Shown: positions 17,458-28,071, counted from the first letter of the stretch. The stretch is 64,000 nt of DNA from Steroidobacteraceae bacterium (GCA_035943195.1 DASZCK010000183.1:526-64525); one strand, 5' to 3'. The notes: a model not told the origin generated them from the letters alone. Made by a program: numbers and translations.

Positions 17458-19032
17458 TCAGTCTGCGGCAGGATCGATGCCGCCGTATTGCACGCGCAGC
17501 CGGACCTTGTCGATCTTGCCCGTGACCGACAGCGGCATGGACGCCACTTGAATGACGCGGTCAGGAATCCACCAGTCGGCGACCGCGCCGCGCAAGGCGC
17601 CGAGCAGCGCCTGCTCATCCAGTTTGTGACCCTTCTGCGGCTCAACGATCAGGAGTGGGCGCTCGCCCCACTTGGGATCGACCTGACCGATGACCGCGAC
17701 CTGGCCGACGCCGGGCAGGCGGCCGATGACGGTCTCGATCTCTGCCGGGTTGATCCACTCGCCGCCCGATTTGATCAGGTCCTTGGTTCGCCCGGCGATC
17801 GTCAGGTTGCCGTGGTCGTCGATGATGGCGAGATCCCCGGTGTCGAAGAATCCCTCGGCGTCGAGGGCGCTGTGCTTCGCGCCAAAGTAGCGATCGACCA
17901 CGCTCGCGCCCTTCACCTTGAGGTGCCCGGTCACGTTGCGCTGCTGCGGCAAGGTCGCGCCGGCGGCATCGGTGAGTTTGAGATCCAGTCCCAGAGGAGC
18001 GCGCCCCGAGGCGACGGCGCGCGCGCTGCCCCGTGCTGGTGCGATCGTTCCCAGTGGCGACAGCTCGGTCATCCCCCAACTGGTCTGCACCCGGGCCCGC
18101 AGCCGTGATTCCATCCGCTGGATGAGTGCATCGGGACAACGCGCACCGCCGATGACCACGCGCTCGAGGCTAGGCACATCCCCACCTTCGGCATCCAGAT
18201 AATCCAGAAGCCCGTGCCATACGGTCTGAACGCCGGCGGCAACGGTCACCTGCTCGTTGCGGATCAGCGCCGCGAGCCGCGCCCCGTCGCTGTAGCGACC
18301 TGGCAGCACCATCCTGGCGCCGACCGCCGGCGCGGCGAAGGGAAATCCCCATGCGTTCGCATGAAACATGGGGACCGCCACCAGCACCGTATCGGCCGCA
18401 GTCAATGCCAGGGCATCGGCCTGCAGTGCCCGCAACGTGTGCAGATAGCTGGAGCGATGGGTATAGAGCACCCCGCGCGGCGGCCCGGTGGTCCCGGAGG
18501 TGTAGCAAAGTCCCGAGGGCGCATCTTCGGCGAACTCACCCCAGGGGGTCGCGACGCCAAGCTCGCCGAGTAGCCGCTCGAGGCCGAAGGTCTGGCGCTC
18601 CGCGAATGCACCGGCATCCGGCTCCGCGCCGTCCAGCTGCACCACTGTCTGCACGCTCGGACAGTTTCTGACCAGCTCCGCCGCCAGATCGGCGAGACCG
18701 GCACCCACTGCCAGCACCCTGTCCTCGGCCTCGTTGACCATCGCGGACAGATGCGCGACGGTCAGACGCGGATTGAGCGTGTGGCACACGTAACCCGCGC
18801 CCATGGCCGCGTAGTAGATCTCAAGGTGATGTTGGGTATTCCAGGCGAGCGTGCCGACACGCTCCCCGAACTTCAGCCCAAGTCGCGCCAGGGCACCCGA
18901 GAGCAGATTACTGCGCCCGCGCAGGGCCGCATAACCGACGCGGCCGCCATCTGCCGTGATGATCTCGCGCTCTCCCCACCACTTGGCGGCATGATCGAGA
19001 AATCGGTCTATCGTGAGCCGGTAGGACTGCAT
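17458..19032 (-). CDS. AMP-dependent acyl-CoA synthetase/ligase (long-chain fatty-acid-CoA ligase-like)
   Basis: 524 aa. AMP-binding motif LCYTSGTTGPPRGV, plus the DTGD and GRTKDLIKSGGEWI motifs. Confidence 0.9.
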   Translation of the reverse strand: MQSYRLTIDRFLDHAAKWWGEREIITADGGRVGYAALRGRSNLLSGALARLGLKFGERVGTLAWNTQHHLEIYYAAMGAGYVCHTLNPRLTVAHLSAMVNEAEDRVLAVGAGLADLAAELVRNCPSVQTVVQLDGAEPDAGAFAERQTFGLERLLGELGVATPWGEFAEDAPSGLCYTSGTTGPPRGVLYTHRSSYLHTLRALQADALALTAADTVLVAVPMFHANAWGFPFAAPAVGARMVLPGRYSDGARLAALIRNEQVTVAAGVQTVWHGLLDYLDAEGGDVPSLERVVIGGARCPDALIQRMESRLRARVQTSWGMTELSPLGTIAPARGSARAVASGRAPLGLDLKLTDAAGATLPQQRNVTGHLKVKGASVVDRYFGAKHSALDAEGFFDTGDLAIIDDHGNLTIAGRTKDLIKSGGEWINPAEIETVIGRLPGVGQVAVIGQVDPKWGERPLLIVEPQKGHKLDEQALLGALRGAVADWWIPDRVIQVASMPLSVTGKIDKVRLRVQYGGIDPAAD

Positions 19033-19055
19033 GAGTAGTCAGCAGACATCGCCGC

Positions 19056-21371
19056 TCAGAAGGCCAGGTACACGCGGACGCCGTACTGGCGCGGCGGACC
19101 CGCGAAGTCGAGATCCGAGTTCATGGCAGCAACGTAGTGCTCGTTCAGCAGGTTGCTGCCGTACAGTGTGCCGACCCACGGGCCATGCTTCCACTCCAGC
19201 TGCGCGCCGAGCAAACGCCTGGCAACAAGCCTATCGCCCAGGGCCGGGTTCTCGAACAGCGTCGCCCACTGCGGCGACTCATAGGCAAAGTTGAGCCGTG
19301 GCGTCACGGTGTCCTGGCCGCCGAGCCGAATGAGATATTGGGCGCCCAAATTGAAGGTGACATTGGGTGCGTAGGTTTGCTGATGGCCGTTGAGGTCGAT
19401 ACAGGTCGGGCCGGCAGGACCTGCGGCCGTATCGCAACCGGTGGTGGTCGTGAGGCGCGGATCCGTCGCATAGAAAGTTCCCAAGGCACTGTGCAGAATG
19501 CCGACGCCGGCGTTCAACGACAGATCTCCCAACGACGCCTCGGTTTCCGCCTCAAAGCCGTAGATCTTGGTGGTGTTCGGATCGTTGACTTCGAAGGCGA
19601 ACGTCGGATACAGCGGATAGCCGATGCTGACCTGGAAATTGTCGTAATTGTTGTAGTACGCATCCACGGTCGTGCGCACGTGGCCGTCGAGCCAGGTGGC
19701 CTTGTAGCCGGTTTCGTAGGAGGTCACGATCTCCGGACCAAAGGGGGCCGGTTGTCCAAGGCCCACCGGGACGTTGAGCCCACCGGGCTTGTAGCCGGTC
19801 GACACCAGGGCGTAAAGGAAGTTGTGTTCGTCGATTTTCCAGTTGAGCGAGGCCTTGTAGGAGGTCTTGTCCGAGCTGGTCTTCTGTTGATCGGTGATGA
19901 AGGTTCCGTACTGCCACACCTGGACGTTATTGCGCGATTTGTTGTACGAGTAACGCGCGCCCAGGGTCACGCTGAAGCCCTGGACGATATCGGCGGTGGC
20001 GCTGGCAAAAGCCGCGTATGCCTCATTGGGAGTGTCGCCTCCCAGCTCATAGGAGTAAGGCTGATAGAAATTCGACGCACTGGGGATGGGGTTGGGGAAG
20101 TGCGGCCCGACTGCGATCCAGAACTGGTAGGGCGACAGCCAGTCGTACAGGTCGGACTGCGCATAGGCGCCCACCACCCAGGTGACCGGCTTGTTGTCGG
20201 GGGAGATCAGGTTGAGCTCTTCGGAGTAGATGGTTTCCCCGACGCGGTCGTAGAAGGTGTAGCCCGCGGGCACACCGGCGTAAGCCGCGCTTCCGGAGTC
20301 CGTGCCATCCAGGTCCGCCGTGTAGTCGGTCTGCCCGAACTGATATGAGGTGACGGACTGCAGCTTGATTTCATCCGCGAAGGTGTAATCGACCTTGAGG
20401 ATGGAGCGGGTGAAGCGATCCAGCCCCCGCTGCGGCGCATTGGCGGTGATGTCGAACAGGTCACTGGTACGGGGGTTGGGCACGCCGGCCGCCGTAGGAG
20501 CGCCCAGCGGGAAGCGATCGGTATAGGGATCGGAGGGATAGGCGCCATTATCCAGATAGTCGGCGTCGATCTTGAACAGCACCTGCAGTGCCTGCACGGG
20601 TTGCCACAGCACGCTCACGCGTGCCGCCCCCCAGCGCAAATCGCCCGGATTGTAGTCCGTCTGGCACCCCGAATAGCGGTTGTTGGGGCAAGCGTCGGCT
20701 GGATCGCGGTCCGATATGTTGTAGAAGCTGTTGCGCGCATCACCGAACAGCGCGACGCGTGCCGCCAGCGTGCTGGTGATCGGAAGGTTGACCGCACCTT
20801 GGAACGAGCGGTCATTGTAGTTGCCATACTGCAGCTGTGCGTATCCGTCGTAACCACCGTCGATCTTCGGATTGTTGGTGGTCACGAATACTGCACCGCC
20901 CGTCGCGTTCTGGCCGACGAGTGTTCCCTGCGGGCCACGATAGAGTTCAACGTCGGCGACGTCGAAGTACGGTTCTTCGGTCATGTACCCGGGAAAAGTA
21001 GCGGCGCCATCGCGGTAAGTGATCACCCCGGTCGGCGTCTGCGTATTGTGTTCACCCTTGCCGATGCCGCGAACGTCGAAATCGATGCCCTGGCCGAAGT
21101 TGTCGATGGTCACGGAGGGCGCGATGAACTGCAGTTGGTCGACGAGGTTGACGCCCTTCGCCGCCAGGTCCGCAGCCGTCAGCACCGTCGCGGAAACCGC
21201 AGTGGTCTGCAGATTGGTGGAGCGCCGCTCGGCGGTCACGACCACCTCCTGCAGCGCACCGTTGGCGTCGTCGGCGCCCGCCGCTGCCGTCGCCGGCGCA
21301 GTCTGCGCGAGCGCCAAGCGGCAAGCCCCGAGGGTCAGAACGCAGACGGATAGGCTCAGTACGCTCTTCAT
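19056..21371 (-). CDS. TonB-dependent receptor
   Basis: 771 aa. Signal peptide, plug domain (EVVVTAERRSTNLQ), and a beta-barrel ending in ...YGVRVYLAF. It ends 23 bp upstream of the ligase gene on the same strand. Confidence 0.9.
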   Translation of the reverse strand: MKSVLSLSVCVLTLGACRLALAQTAPATAAAGADDANGALQEVVVTAERRSTNLQTTAVSATVLTAADLAAKGVNLVDQLQFIAPSVTIDNFGQGIDFDVRGIGKGEHNTQTPTGVITYRDGAATFPGYMTEEPYFDVADVELYRGPQGTLVGQNATGGAVFVTTNNPKIDGGYDGYAQLQYGNYNDRSFQGAVNLPITSTLAARVALFGDARNSFYNISDRDPADACPNNRYSGCQTDYNPGDLRWGAARVSVLWQPVQALQVLFKIDADYLDNGAYPSDPYTDRFPLGAPTAAGVPNPRTSDLFDITANAPQRGLDRFTRSILKVDYTFADEIKLQSVTSYQFGQTDYTADLDGTDSGSAAYAGVPAGYTFYDRVGETIYSEELNLISPDNKPVTWVVGAYAQSDLYDWLSPYQFWIAVGPHFPNPIPSASNFYQPYSYELGGDTPNEAYAAFASATADIVQGFSVTLGARYSYNKSRNNVQVWQYGTFITDQQKTSSDKTSYKASLNWKIDEHNFLYALVSTGYKPGGLNVPVGLGQPAPFGPEIVTSYETGYKATWLDGHVRTTVDAYYNNYDNFQVSIGYPLYPTFAFEVNDPNTTKIYGFEAETEASLGDLSLNAGVGILHSALGTFYATDPRLTTTTGCDTAAGPAGPTCIDLNGHQQTYAPNVTFNLGAQYLIRLGGQDTVTPRLNFAYESPQWATLFENPALGDRLVARRLLGAQLEWKHGPWVGTLYGSNLLNEHYVAAMNSDLDFAGPPRQYGVRVYLAF

Positions 21372-21594
21372 GATCCCCTCTTTTCACCCTCGGGCGAGCA
21401 GACGCGCTCTAGGACGCGTTGCGCGCACCTTGGCAGGGCGAGGGTCCGCTGTCAATACTCGTTCATACGCTAGTTAATATCTTTGTGCGAAGCCACCCGT
21501 AGGTGCGCCGCGGCATGTCTTGGGAAACCACTGATTATTCAACTTGGCTGTTAATTCATTGGTCTTTGGATGAGTATTGGAAAGGAGGAAATGC

Positions 21595-22545
21595 ATGAGG
21601 CTTGGTGATTTCAGACTCGCAGCCGCCGACTTCGGCACCTTGGGTCACGGGCTGCACCGTCCCGAGTGCGTCTGGGTCGACGTGGACGGCATCTGGGTAT
21701 CCGACGCCCGTGGTGGCGTGTCCCGCCTGACGGGCGACGGCGCGCCCCGGCTGCTGGGCTCGGGAATACTCGAACCCAATGGCTTCAGTCGCAGACCGGA
21801 CGGCAGCTTTGTCGTGGCCGGGATCGGCGATGGTGAATTGCACCTGGTCCTACCCACCGGCGCGACCCGGACCTTGGTCGATCGGTTCCAGGGCAAGCCG
21901 CTGGGTGCCGTCAACTACGCCTGCGCGGAGGGGTCGGAGCGTATCTGGCTGTCGGTGATGACGCGGGGCCTGCCCTGGCACACGGCGTTCTCGGCCCGCC
22001 ATGTGGACGGCTACATTCTGCGCATCGACGGCCAGGAGGCGCGGAGTGAAATCGTCGCCGATGGCTTGGATCTCACCAATGAAGTGAAGCTCTCCCCCGA
22101 TGGCCGCCATCTGTATGCGGTGGAGACCTTCGGCAGCCGGGTGGTGCGCTTTGCCATCCGTCGCGATGGGTCACTGGGCGCTAAGGAGCGCGTCGGACCC
22201 GATTCCCTGGGCCCGGATGTGATGCCGGATGGCATCACCTTTGATGTCTTCGGCAATCTATGGATCACGGTGATCAATCAGAACGGTCTGATGGTCATCG
22301 ACCGGCACCACGATGCGCATGTGGTGTACCGCGATCCCAATCCACAGGCGGTCGCGCAAGTCACTGAGGCGGTTGCGCAGCGAAACGGCGTAGTCGAACA
22401 ATTGGCAGCCTGCGCAGACGTTTCAGGACCTCTGCGACTGCCCACCAGCGTCGCCTTCGGCGGCCCGGACGGGCTGACCGGCTATGTCGGATCGGTCGGA
22501 ATGTCGCACCTGGCGACCTTTCGCCTGCCGGCGGATCTTGTTTAG
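21595..22545 (+). CDS. SMP-30/gluconolactonase/LRE-family beta-propeller protein
   Basis: I place the start at ATG 21595, preceded by AGGAGG at 21583-21588. Family-typical PECVWVD, PNG, NEVKLSPDG and PDGITFD motifs. Confidence 0.8.
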   Translation: MRLGDFRLAAADFGTLGHGLHRPECVWVDVDGIWVSDARGGVSRLTGDGAPRLLGSGILEPNGFSRRPDGSFVVAGIGDGELHLVLPTGATRTLVDRFQGKPLGAVNYACAEGSERIWLSVMTRGLPWHTAFSARHVDGYILRIDGQEARSEIVADGLDLTNEVKLSPDGRHLYAVETFGSRVVRFAIRRDGSLGAKERVGPDSLGPDVMPDGITFDVFGNLWITVINQNGLMVIDRHHDAHVVYRDPNPQAVAQVTEAVAQRNGVVEQLAACADVSGPLRLPTSVAFGGPDGLTGYVGSVGMSHLATFRLPADLV

Positions 22546-23114
22546 GAGATCTGCTCCTCGAAACGCACGCTGAGCTTGCGATAGAGCACCTTCGCCAGTG
22601 GGTCATAGCCGAAGAACGACACCGCGGAATCCATCCATGTCAGGGGGCGTGCCCGCGCGATCTCGCGTGCCCCCCTGATCAGGTGCGACTGCACCGTGGA
22701 CGGTGTGGGCTCGAAAACGTCCGCCTGATAGGCATCGTCGCCTGCCACCAGCGCATGGCGTGTCACCTTCGAGAACACATGCTTGCCGTTGTGGGTGAGG
22801 TAAATCCGATATTCCTGCCAGGTCCCCTTCGGTGCGCACTCCGGCGCCGCCGAGGCCAGCAGCGTCCCGGTGAACAGCAGATCCGCCTTGCCGTCCCGGG
22901 TGACAATGTGTTCCTTCTCGATACCCACATCGCCGTCGTCCTCAAGAGCCGGCAGACGGCTGCGCCGGCGCAAATTCGCCGGCGAGACTTTCGTGGCTAG
23001 CGCGTCCTCGGAATGGCCATTCTGCCCAGCCTCATTGCCCTGCCTGTCATCGGCGACGGCGAGTTTTATATTCAGCCGCGGCTCGGGGAATTCCTCTGTG
23101 CGTTCATCGCTCAT
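22542..23114 (-). CDS. Hypothetical protein: acidic, likely disordered N-terminal ~75 aa and a globular C-terminal ~110 aa
   Basis: 190-aa ORF with protein-like composition. I cannot recognise any domain with confidence. Confidence 0.5.
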   Translation of the reverse strand: MSDERTEEFPEPRLNIKLAVADDRQGNEAGQNGHSEDALATKVSPANLRRRSRLPALEDDGDVGIEKEHIVTRDGKADLLFTGTLLASAAPECAPKGTWQEYRIYLTHNGKHVFSKVTRHALVAGDDAYQADVFEPTPSTVQSHLIRGAREIARARPLTWMDSAVSFFGYDPLAKVLYRKLSVRFEEQIS

Positions 23115-23238
23115 GAGCGTAGCCTCGTTTGGGGCGATAACAAGGCCATGAGCCTGCGCGTAAAATCATGCCGCAAGCAGCCGGCAACAGGCGCCGCCGG
23201 ACGTAAGCGCGCGCTCACAGCAGAGCAGGAGTCAATCG

Positions 23239-23628
23239 ATGGCACAGATTAAGATCTACGGTCTGCGGGAACACCTCCGGCCCGTCCAATCCGCTCTCTC
23301 CGATGCCATTCACTCCTGCGTCGTGGAGGCATTGCAGTTTCCCGTCAATAAGCGTGCGCACCGTTTCTTTCACCTGGAGACCGAGGACTTCTATTTCCCC
23401 GCCAGCGCCAGTCCGCGTTACACAATCATCGAGATCAGCATGTTCGAAGGCCGCAGCATCGAGACCAAGAAGCAGCTCATCCGGCTGCTGTTCGAACGGG
23501 TGTGCAAACAGGCCGATCGCCTGGCGAATGAGGTGGAGGTGACGATCACCGAGACGCCCCGGCACAATTGGGGTTTCCGGGGATCACCCGGCGACGAATT
23601 GAATCTCAGTTACAAGGTCGAGGTGTAA
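23239..23628 (+). CDS. Tautomerase-family protein (4-oxalocrotonate tautomerase superfamily, long form)
   Basis: 129 aa. The pattern MAQIKIYG...RFFHLE...IIEISMFEGRSIETKKQLIRLLF...EVEVTITETPRHNWGFRG is typical of the family. Confidence 0.8.
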   Translation: MAQIKIYGLREHLRPVQSALSDAIHSCVVEALQFPVNKRAHRFFHLETEDFYFPASASPRYTIIEISMFEGRSIETKKQLIRLLFERVCKQADRLANEVEVTITETPRHNWGFRGSPGDELNLSYKVEV

Positions 23629-24398
23629 CGGCTTCGCAGCAAGGTCGCGAGCACCCATGCGGTTGCGGCCAGCAGCAGGTTCACGCTGAGTTCCGACCAT
23701 TGATTCTGCGTCTGCGTCGCCCAGGCCGGCCGGGGATGCATGAAGAAGCTTGGCACCCATACCATCAGGCCGAACAAGGTCATCATGAGCGCTTCGAGGG
23801 TGGCCGCCAGACCCGGAAGGACCCCGACCATGATGGCGACACCTGCGGCGATGTGGGCGCCGCCGGTGAAATAAGCGAATCCCAAGTGGTCAGGCAGCCA
23901 GCCCGGCACCATCCCAGCCGTGTAGTCGGCATAGATGAAATGGGACCAGCCGTAGAAGACCCAGGTTAGGCCCAGTACCGCCTGCGCCACCCGCACGACA
24001 CGCCGGGTGGCGATCGGCATCGGCAGATCCCGCGATGACCAGCGCAGCATGGCGTACAGGAAGCCGGCTCCGATCAGCGGCGTCAGCGCTTCACAGAACC
24101 CGTACCAGGTGCCGATTCCCAAGGGCGCTGAGAATATCGGCAGTGAGCAGATCAAGATCCACAATATTTGGTAGACGCCAAGCGTCACCAGGCTCGGCAG
24201 GGCCGTGCGCCGGACGCATAGTCCGCCACTGACCGCCAACAGCAGTAGCGCGGATCCGTAGATCCAGACCTCCCGTCCCGGCAGCCAGGCGGGATAGGGT
24301 TGCCCCCTTGGGACAAAATCCCCATAACTGAGACTGAGGGCGGCAACGCTGGCCGTGGCAAAAGCGAATATGGCCCGCGCGGGCGTCACTGTCTGCAT
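23610..24398 (-). CDS. Integral membrane protein (about 8 TM; possibly DoxX-like)
   Basis: ORF track gives 23610..24668. I place the start at ATG 24398 (MQTVTPARAIF), preceded by GGGAGG. Strongly hydrophobic throughout. Confidence 0.65.
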   Translation of the reverse strand: MQTVTPARAIFAFATASVAALSLSYGDFVPRGQPYPAWLPGREVWIYGSALLLLAVSGGLCVRRTALPSLVTLGVYQILWILICSLPIFSAPLGIGTWYGFCEALTPLIGAGFLYAMLRWSSRDLPMPIATRRVVRVAQAVLGLTWVFYGWSHFIYADYTAGMVPGWLPDHLGFAYFTGGAHIAAGVAIMVGVLPGLAATLEALMMTLFGLMVWVPSFFMHPRPAWATQTQNQWSELSVNLLLAATAWVLATLLRSRYTSTL

Positions 24399-24634
24399 GG
24401 TTACTTGACCTCCCCAGTGTGCCTTGGCAAAGTTGCGCCAGCGCGCTGCTTTGGCGCCTCCTGTCCGCGGCAAGGGATCATCCCACAAAGCCAGACCCGT
24501 ACAAGAAGACCACCTTCTTTCAGCCCGATTGAGCGGACGACGGCACTGAATGAAAGGAGGCCCCCGCGACCAGCTCACTGACGCTGCCCGCGCACCCAGA
24601 TGTCGATCATCTGAAGAAGCAGGCCAAGCTGCTG

Positions 24635-26278
24635 TTGCGCAACGTTCGGGCACGGCAGGGTGAAGCACTGGCGATCATCGCGAGTCTTCATCCTCGCCCG
24701 GCGGAATTCTCCAATTTGCGCGATGCTCAGCTGGTCCTGGCGCGCCGTTATGGACCCGCCGACTGGGAACAGTTGCGCAATGAGGTGGCGCTGCGACAGC
24801 TTCGCGGCGCCGCGGCGCCGGAACAGGCCGAGCACTTCATCAACCACGCCTGCCTGCGATACAACGGCGACGACCAGGCCTGGCGTTACCGAGTGGCCTC
24901 GCAGTGGCTGCGACAGTTGCCGCAGTTGAGTCGGGATGACTTCTATTGCGCACTGGTGGCGGCCGACCTTGAGGCCGTGCGAGGCTTCCTGCGACGGGAT
25001 CAAAGACTGGCTCTGCGCAATGGCGGACCGCGTGATTGGCCAGCGCTCTTGTACGTGACTTACAGTCGTGTCGAACAGAACCAGCAACACGCCGTCGCCG
25101 TCGCCGAGCTGCTGCTCGAAGCCGGTGCTACGCCTGATTCATGTACGGACCATCCCAGCGGCTTTACCGCGCTCACCGGTGCCGTAGGCGAAGGCGAACG
25201 CGGCTCGAGCAACTGCGTCCCGCACCCGCGCGCCGTGGAACTGGTGAGGCTGCTGCTGGATGCCGGCGCCAATCCCAATCAGAGCCAGGCGTTGTACAAC
25301 ACCATGCTGGGGCACGACCTTGGCAAATGGCTGCCGATTTTCGTGCAGTACGGACTCAAGGCCGGGGATCGGGCCAACTGGAACCCGGATGACAAACAAC
25401 CCATCTTTGATTTTCTGCTTTGCCAGTTGGTGGCGCAGGGCAATGTGGACCTCGTTCGCTTCCTGCTCGAGCATGGGGCCAATGCCAATGCAGTAAGCCG
25501 CTACAATCATCGTGCCGCTCACACCACTGCCCGACTGACGGGGCACGCCGAGATAGCCGAGCTGCTCGAAAGGTTCGGCGCCAGATCCGAGCCATTGTGC
25601 GTGGAGGACCAATTCCGGGTCGCCTGTGGCCAGCACGACTTCATGCTCGCGGCGAGCCTGTTGCGAGAACACCCACCGCTGTTGCAGAACGACGCGTTGT
25701 TGCTCAACTGCGCCAGCGTGGACACGGATACCTGCCTGTGGCTCATGCGGCAGGGCTACCAGCTCAACGCTCGCGACCGCAGTGGCAAGACCGTACTGCA
25801 CCACTACGCGTTGTCGAACAATCCGGACGCCATCACGACGCTGCTGCGCCATGGCGCCGACCCTGAGGCCCAGGAACACACCTGGCAGGCCACGCCGCTC
25901 GGCATGGCGCTGCATCATCATCACTGGCCCGTGGTTGCGGTGTTGCTTCCGATAGCGAACGACATTTTCGATGTATGTCGCATGGCTGAGGCGGAGCGTG
26001 TGCGTGTGTTGCTCTCGCAGGACGCCTCGCGGGCGCGGCGGCGCACGCCGATGGGCAATACTCCCTTGCACGTGGTCAGCCAGGCCAAGCAGGACGAGCC
26101 TGACTTCGATGCCAGCGTCACCACCATCGAGCTACTGTTGACTCACGGCGCCGATCCCAGGGCGCTCAACCATGAAGGCAAGACGCCCGAGCAGTGGTAT
26201 CGGCAATCTGGCATGGACGAGATTGCGGATTACATGGCCGAGCATGTGGACCAGGCGCACGATGGCGAGGCTGTATGA
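24635..26278 (+). CDS. Ankyrin-repeat protein with a conserved N-terminal helical module
   Basis: Multiple ANK units ([48 protein letters not shown]). The start is uncertain. The frame is open from 24554, and AAGGAGG at 24554-24560 suggests initiation upstream of the TTG at 24635, for example at CTG 24578. Confidence 0.8.
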   Translation: MRNVRARQGEALAIIASLHPRPAEFSNLRDAQLVLARRYGPADWEQLRNEVALRQLRGAAAPEQAEHFINHACLRYNGDDQAWRYRVASQWLRQLPQLSRDDFYCALVAADLEAVRGFLRRDQRLALRNGGPRDWPALLYVTYSRVEQNQQHAVAVAELLLEAGATPDSCTDHPSGFTALTGAVGEGERGSSNCVPHPRAVELVRLLLDAGANPNQSQALYNTMLGHDLGKWLPIFVQYGLKAGDRANWNPDDKQPIFDFLLCQLVAQGNVDLVRFLLEHGANANAVSRYNHRAAHTTARLTGHAEIAELLERFGARSEPLCVEDQFRVACGQHDFMLAASLLREHPPLLQNDALLLNCASVDTDTCLWLMRQGYQLNARDRSGKTVLHHYALSNNPDAITTLLRHGADPEAQEHTWQATPLGMALHHHHWPVVAVLLPIANDIFDVCRMAEAERVRVLLSQDASRARRRTPMGNTPLHVVSQAKQDEPDFDASVTTIELLLTHGADPRALNHEGKTPEQWYRQSGMDEIADYMAEHVDQAHDGEAV

Positions 26279-27144
26279 AAATCAATCCCACCGACTTTCG
26301 CCTGCGGGATGGCATAAAGGTCAACCTCAGGAAGTGGCCCACACGGATCGATCCGATCTACAAATCCAAGGCGCAATACAAAAAGCTTCTGGAACGACAC
26401 GTCGCACAGCTGAGCGCTATGCAGCAGCTTCATTATTCGACCGGCCGCCATGCGCTTCTTATTATTTTTCAGGGAATGGACGCTGCCGGGAAAGACGGCG
26501 TCATCAGGCATGTGATGTCGGGAGTCAACCCGCAGGGTTGCCAGGTATCCAGTTTCAAAGCCCCAAGCGCCAGTGAATTGGCGCACGATTTTCTGTGGCG
26601 AACGACCCGTGAGCTTCCCGAGCGAGGTCGCATCGGCATATTCAACCGCTCCTACTACGAAGAAGTGCTCGTGGTACGCGTGCACCAGGGGCTGCTGCGC
26701 GATGAAGGCCTTACGGTCGCCTCACGTCAGGAGCGCAAGCTCTGGCACGACCGCTACCGTTCGATCACAGACCTCGAACGGCATCTGAGCGCCAATGGCA
26801 CCCACATCGTCAAATTCTTCCTCCACCTCTCCAATGAGGAGCAGCGCAGGCGCTTCCTGGCACGCATCGATACGCCGGAAAAGAACTGGAAGTTCAGCCT
26901 CGCGGACATCAAGGAAAGAGGCTATTGGAAGCAGTACCGGAAGGCCTACGAGGAGAGTCTGGGCATGACCAGCACTGCGGACGCCCCGTGGTATATCGTT
27001 CCGGCAGACGACAAGCAGAACGCCAGGCTGATCGTCTCGGCGATCGTGCTCAAAGCGTTCGAGGAATTCGGAATGCACTATCCTAAGGTGGGCGCGAAAC
27101 GCAGGCAGGAACTGCTGGCGATTCGCAAGCGACTCTTGAGGTGA
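26275..27144 (+). CDS. ppk2: Polyphosphate kinase 2 family protein
   Basis: Start at ATG 26275, overlapping the ankyrin stop (ATGA). Walker A-like GMDAAGKDG, plus FNRSYYE and other PPK2 signatures. Confidence 0.9.
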   Translation: MKINPTDFRLRDGIKVNLRKWPTRIDPIYKSKAQYKKLLERHVAQLSAMQQLHYSTGRHALLIIFQGMDAAGKDGVIRHVMSGVNPQGCQVSSFKAPSASELAHDFLWRTTRELPERGRIGIFNRSYYEEVLVVRVHQGLLRDEGLTVASRQERKLWHDRYRSITDLERHLSANGTHIVKFFLHLSNEEQRRRFLARIDTPEKNWKFSLADIKERGYWKQYRKAYEESLGMTSTADAPWYIVPADDKQNARLIVSAIVLKAFEEFGMHYPKVGAKRRQELLAIRKRLLR

Positions 27145-27150
27145 GATGAA

Positions 27151-28071
27151 GTGAAAGCCGTTCGATTGTACGAATATGGGGGTCCGGAAACTCTCAAGTA
27201 TGAGGAGGATGTCGCGGAACCCACTTTAGGAGCCGATTCCGTGCTGGTCGAGGCCGCCGCGGCCAGTGTGAATCCCATTGATTGGAAAATACGCTCAGGC
27301 GCACGGCAGAAGGATTTCCCGCAGCAGCTGCCGGCGATTCTGGGCCGGGACGTGAGCGGGATCGTTCGGGCAGTGGGACGCAACATCCGCACCTTCAAGC
27401 CCGGTGATCGCGTGTTGGCCTACACCGAAGCGACGTATGCTGAGCTGGTTGCCGTAGAAGGGTCGATCCTCACGCACTTACCCGATGGGCTGGACCTCGC
27501 GGATGCCGCGGCGATACCGCTTATCGCATTGACGGGTGATCAGCTGGTACGCCTGGCGACTCGGGCCGCGTCGGGGCAGACCCTACTGGTGACTGGGGCG
27601 CTGGGGAGCGTGGGGCGAGCCGCCGTCCATGCCGCCAGGAAACTCGGCGTGACAGTGATCGCGGGCGTCCGCGCTCGGCAGCTGACCGAAGCGACGACGC
27701 TCGGGACCGCAGCTACCGTGGCCATAGACGATGATGCGGCAATAGCCCGGCTGCCGGCGGTGGACGGGGTTGCCGATACGGTTGGCGGCGAAACGGCGGC
27801 AAAGGTATTTGGCAGGGTGAAGAATGGTGGCAGCTTCGGCTACGCGTCCGTGATTCCCGAAGGCTTGGCGCCACGCAATCCAACCGTCACCATCACGCGG
27901 GTATTCGCGCGTCCGGATGCGTCGAAAGTCCGTGAGTTCGCCGATGATATCCGGGACGGCCGCTTCCTATTGCCCATCGGCCGCCGGCTGCCGTTGCGCA
28001 ATGCGAGTGAGGCGCACGCATTGGCGCAACAAGGTGGCGCAGGGAAGATAGTCCTTAGAATCGCAAGCTGA
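27151..28071 (+). CDS. NADPH:quinone oxidoreductase / zeta-crystallin-like medium-chain dehydrogenase
   Basis: GTG start 6 nt after the ppk2 stop. MKAVRLYEYGGPETL N-terminus, NPIDWKIRSG, and the LVTGALGSVG cofactor motif. Confidence 0.85.
   Translation: MKAVRLYEYGGPETLKYEEDVAEPTLGADSVLVEAAAASVNPIDWKIRSGARQKDFPQQLPAILGRDVSGIVRAVGRNIRTFKPGDRVLAYTEATYAELVAVEGSILTHLPDGLDLADAAAIPLIALTGDQLVRLATRAASGQTLLVTGALGSVGRAAVHAARKLGVTVIAGVRARQLTEATTLGTAATVAIDDDAAIARLPAVDGVADTVGGETAAKVFGRVKNGGSFGYASVIPEGLAPRNPTVTITRVFARPDASKVREFADDIRDGRFLLPIGRRLPLRNASEAHALAQQGGAGKIVLRIAS

Noticed and set aside
19137-20348. 403-aa plus-strand ORF
   Set aside because: It is antisense to the TonB-dependent receptor and has no recognisable domain.
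24424-24438. TTGGCAAAGTTGCG, sigma54-like
   Set aside because: The GG-to-GC spacing is 3 nt too short for a -24/-12 promoter. The same applies to TGGCAAACTGCC at 61205-61220.
25139-26071. 310-aa minus-strand ORF
   Set aside because: It is antisense to the ankyrin-repeat gene, whose ANK periodicity is unambiguous.
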